A stretch of 32,121 nt of DNA from Candidatus Kapaibacterium sp. (lineage in GTDB: Bacteria; Bacteroidota; Ignavibacteria; Kapaibacteriales; UBA2268), in NCBI GenBank assembly GCA_036769265.1, contig DAIPLL010000001.1:476-32596 (forward strand), read 5' to 3'. The number at the start of each line of letters is the position of its first letter. Position 1 is the first letter of the stretch. Shown in pieces: positions 31,501-32,121 of this stretch. The translations under genes and the position numbers were made by a program. The notes under the pieces were generated by a model. That model worked only from the letters and a program-made list of their open reading frames with translations. It did not search any database and was not told the DNA's origin.

Positions 31501-32121
31501 AAGTATTTATAAACATATTTCCCGCTTTGATTTGTTTTGCCGGCTAAAGAAAAATTATTGGACACTAAAGGATTTTTGACCCATACTTCTACATTACCAA
31601 TCGCTTCTCCTGATTCATCGGTAATATTTAGTGAATACTCAATCACTTTACCTATATTGATTTCCAAATCAACTTCAGGTTCAATATCAACGAGAAGCCT
31701 TAGTGTATCCACAATATGAATAGTTTTTTTGATTAGATCTGAACGAAGAGTAAGTCGAACAGTATCCAAAATTCTATCAACTCTGGTTGTGTCCTTGGTA
31801 GCCAAAAAAGTTAGCTCATAATCTCCATTTGCGGCATCTTCCGATATTATTCTATTATAAAAAGCAAGTCCATTTTGATTAGTTTTACCAATAGTTAAGA
31901 ACTCATTTGAGCCAATAAATGGATCTTTAACTTTCACATCGAAACCCGGAAGACTATTTCCGTCTTTGTCTTTAAGTTGAATTTGGAACTTGGTTGTGTC
32001 TTTAGTTTTAAGAAAATCAGACTTTGTATTTGTAACGATTAATTGAGGTGGTATTGTTTCAATTTTAAAACTACCTGTTGCATAAGTATAAGGTGCACAA
32101 TTCAAGCAATCAGATGGATAC
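28578..32121 (-). CDS. Very large secreted protein of unknown function (>1175 aa, N-terminus off-window): prealbumin/Ig-like repeats, an orphan central region, Fn3 and a T9SS CTD
   Basis: The frame stays open to the window edge (..YPSDCLNCAP..). Three or more repeats have the pattern D..G..(I/L)(P/S)G..V.V.D......GKTN..G, which suggests a carboxypeptidase-regulatory-like fold. The central ~600 aa contain no motif I recognise. The Fn3 is APTNFTAKYN...WTPSQDNDVVGYIIY. The CTD is ISPNPASGYIEIHLDNVILSKAKNPVKIYNTYGECV...LPVGIYFIQIG. Confidence 0.8.
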   Translation of the reverse strand, partial: YPSDCLNCAPYTYATGSFKIETIPPQLIVTNTKSDFLKTKDTTKFQIQLKDKDGNSLPGFDVKVKDPFIGSNEFLTIGKTNQNGLAFYNRIISEDAANGDYELTFLATKDTTRVDRILDTVRLTLRSDLIKKTIHIVDTLRLLVDIEPEVDLEINIGKVIEYSLNITDESGEAIGNVEVWVKNPLVSNNFSLAGKTNQSGKYVYKYLIPEGTNPVDYVFEFYVKKEGFRQSEVHKRKVYIYPKGLFLTVLPSKDLVLFPNDSTSFILYVRNAENEPISGAVIFVLDTLSGKTKFTKVDTSDASSRFIYSIKIPVSAAGEHHYKFVAKKSDENTDTLHRKVIIQSGSRCWTYAYGMLEFCIEGEGKWETEEGKPILKANKAIIINDLLIFEGDLALDTVNLSLKADGKFYIKEIPLPGGGIGSFTVAEGSYELAFAGSNGKITNFANAFLEKIAGFDIKITDLQLVGGRKAEGIKFSAKMSIPGIAAGCNEKGSEEQETEFELKDLEISKTKGIQIGGFNVQNLGFKSFPNFCIKELTGSYDDEKDKLAYGANVKIPFGEVGGGLAFSKGKLDSIGFRLEASFPPLFVIGTSTVGIMGFFGHISNITKPDIEFELGGVLSDITSESLYKIDVSGHYKSPSTIGLKGEGTIFKDPLTGKWQIKGGLQGSIDFAEYQMDLSGNINVGTKDEKEYLLKADANMKYNMKQSKFSGAMSGSITLPKFNDGWPYDWINSTLGLPKTTTASARLIYGNMKTLWGDAYFPSPVGNLRFVLDLKKSWGEDGFFFFERSTPSSKIDVKVYEGNNLILNGDYTQNISINDDCEKFVVRIIGNTRIPVSELRSPDGTIYKIGNLDPNNLIIHYANSYNENKSFWTITSPKKGNWIITVKDAPSNFSLYTYIFDKPPFFRIETHQNNKDIIVTWETSRLSETGSIDLFLDNDTYGENGIYIKSVDAKLGSTTLSVSDSLSLCLYFVYAVYVGNNYALSSYSEKPVLNSKAILAAPTNFTAKYNSITGKYIAEWTPSQDNDVVGYIIYSVDDYGYEQVVGSASKGQSRAEFSVPSYLMFKVKIVSFDKDGLKGCPTSPQKIIVGVNDIESIQRNSLKGLIISPNPASGYIEIHLDNVILSKAKNPVKIYNTYGECVKTVGANNYLPLQRIDVSDLPVGIYFIQIGNYSEKFMVVR
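28654..28810 (-). repeat. CTD-coding cassette, copy B (3' end of the giant protein gene), containing a perfect 28-nt palindrome
   Basis: Same alignment as copy A. The palindrome GTAGGGGCAAATAATTATTTGCCCCTAC lies at 28664..28691. An overlapping 7-bp hairpin CCTACGG-N14-CCGTAGG lies at 28687..28714. Confidence 0.85.

Overview
This is a low-GC bacterial chromosomal segment. It looks like an FCB-superphylum organism (Ignavibacteria/Bacteroidota-like), judging from type-A T9SS C-terminal sorting domains, TAnnTTTG -7 boxes and AT-rich codon usage. Four blocks are visible. (1) 1..6508 (+) is a tightly coupled caa3-type (A2 subfamily) cytochrome c oxidase operon: SCO1, coxI, coxIII, coxIV, coxII-cyt c, haem O synthase and a polytopic membrane cytochrome c. 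It is followed by a frameshifted and truncated NIT-domain sensor relic (6555..7618). (2) 7633..13425 (-) is a six-gene, translationally coupled operon: surE, a 109-aa unknown, HDOD, a GAF/PAS histidine kinase, a REC-histidine kinase and a GT2 glycosyltransferase. (3) 13583..20080 is housekeeping: a LolC/E-like permease, an alpha/beta hydrolase, short-form serA plus DUF1015, an alpha-oxoamine synthase with an SPT-like signature, a small hypothetical and rpsU. (4) 20199..32121 (-) starts with a decayed IS3 transposase relic. Four consecutive T9SS-cargo genes follow: two tandem CSLREA/parallel-beta-helix paralogs, a multidomain GH3 beta-glucosidase, and a protein of more than 1175 aa with no recognisable catalytic domain that runs off the window. 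I saw no rRNA, tRNA, CRISPR array or recognisable defence system. The most unusual thing I can read directly is a ~157-bp, relatively GC-rich sorting-domain cassette. It is shared at the DNA level by two otherwise unrelated cargo genes 7.8 kb apart and carries a 28-nt palindrome with a hypervariable centre. I cannot show that the cargo island is a new system; it is the best candidate here and is labelled as inference.
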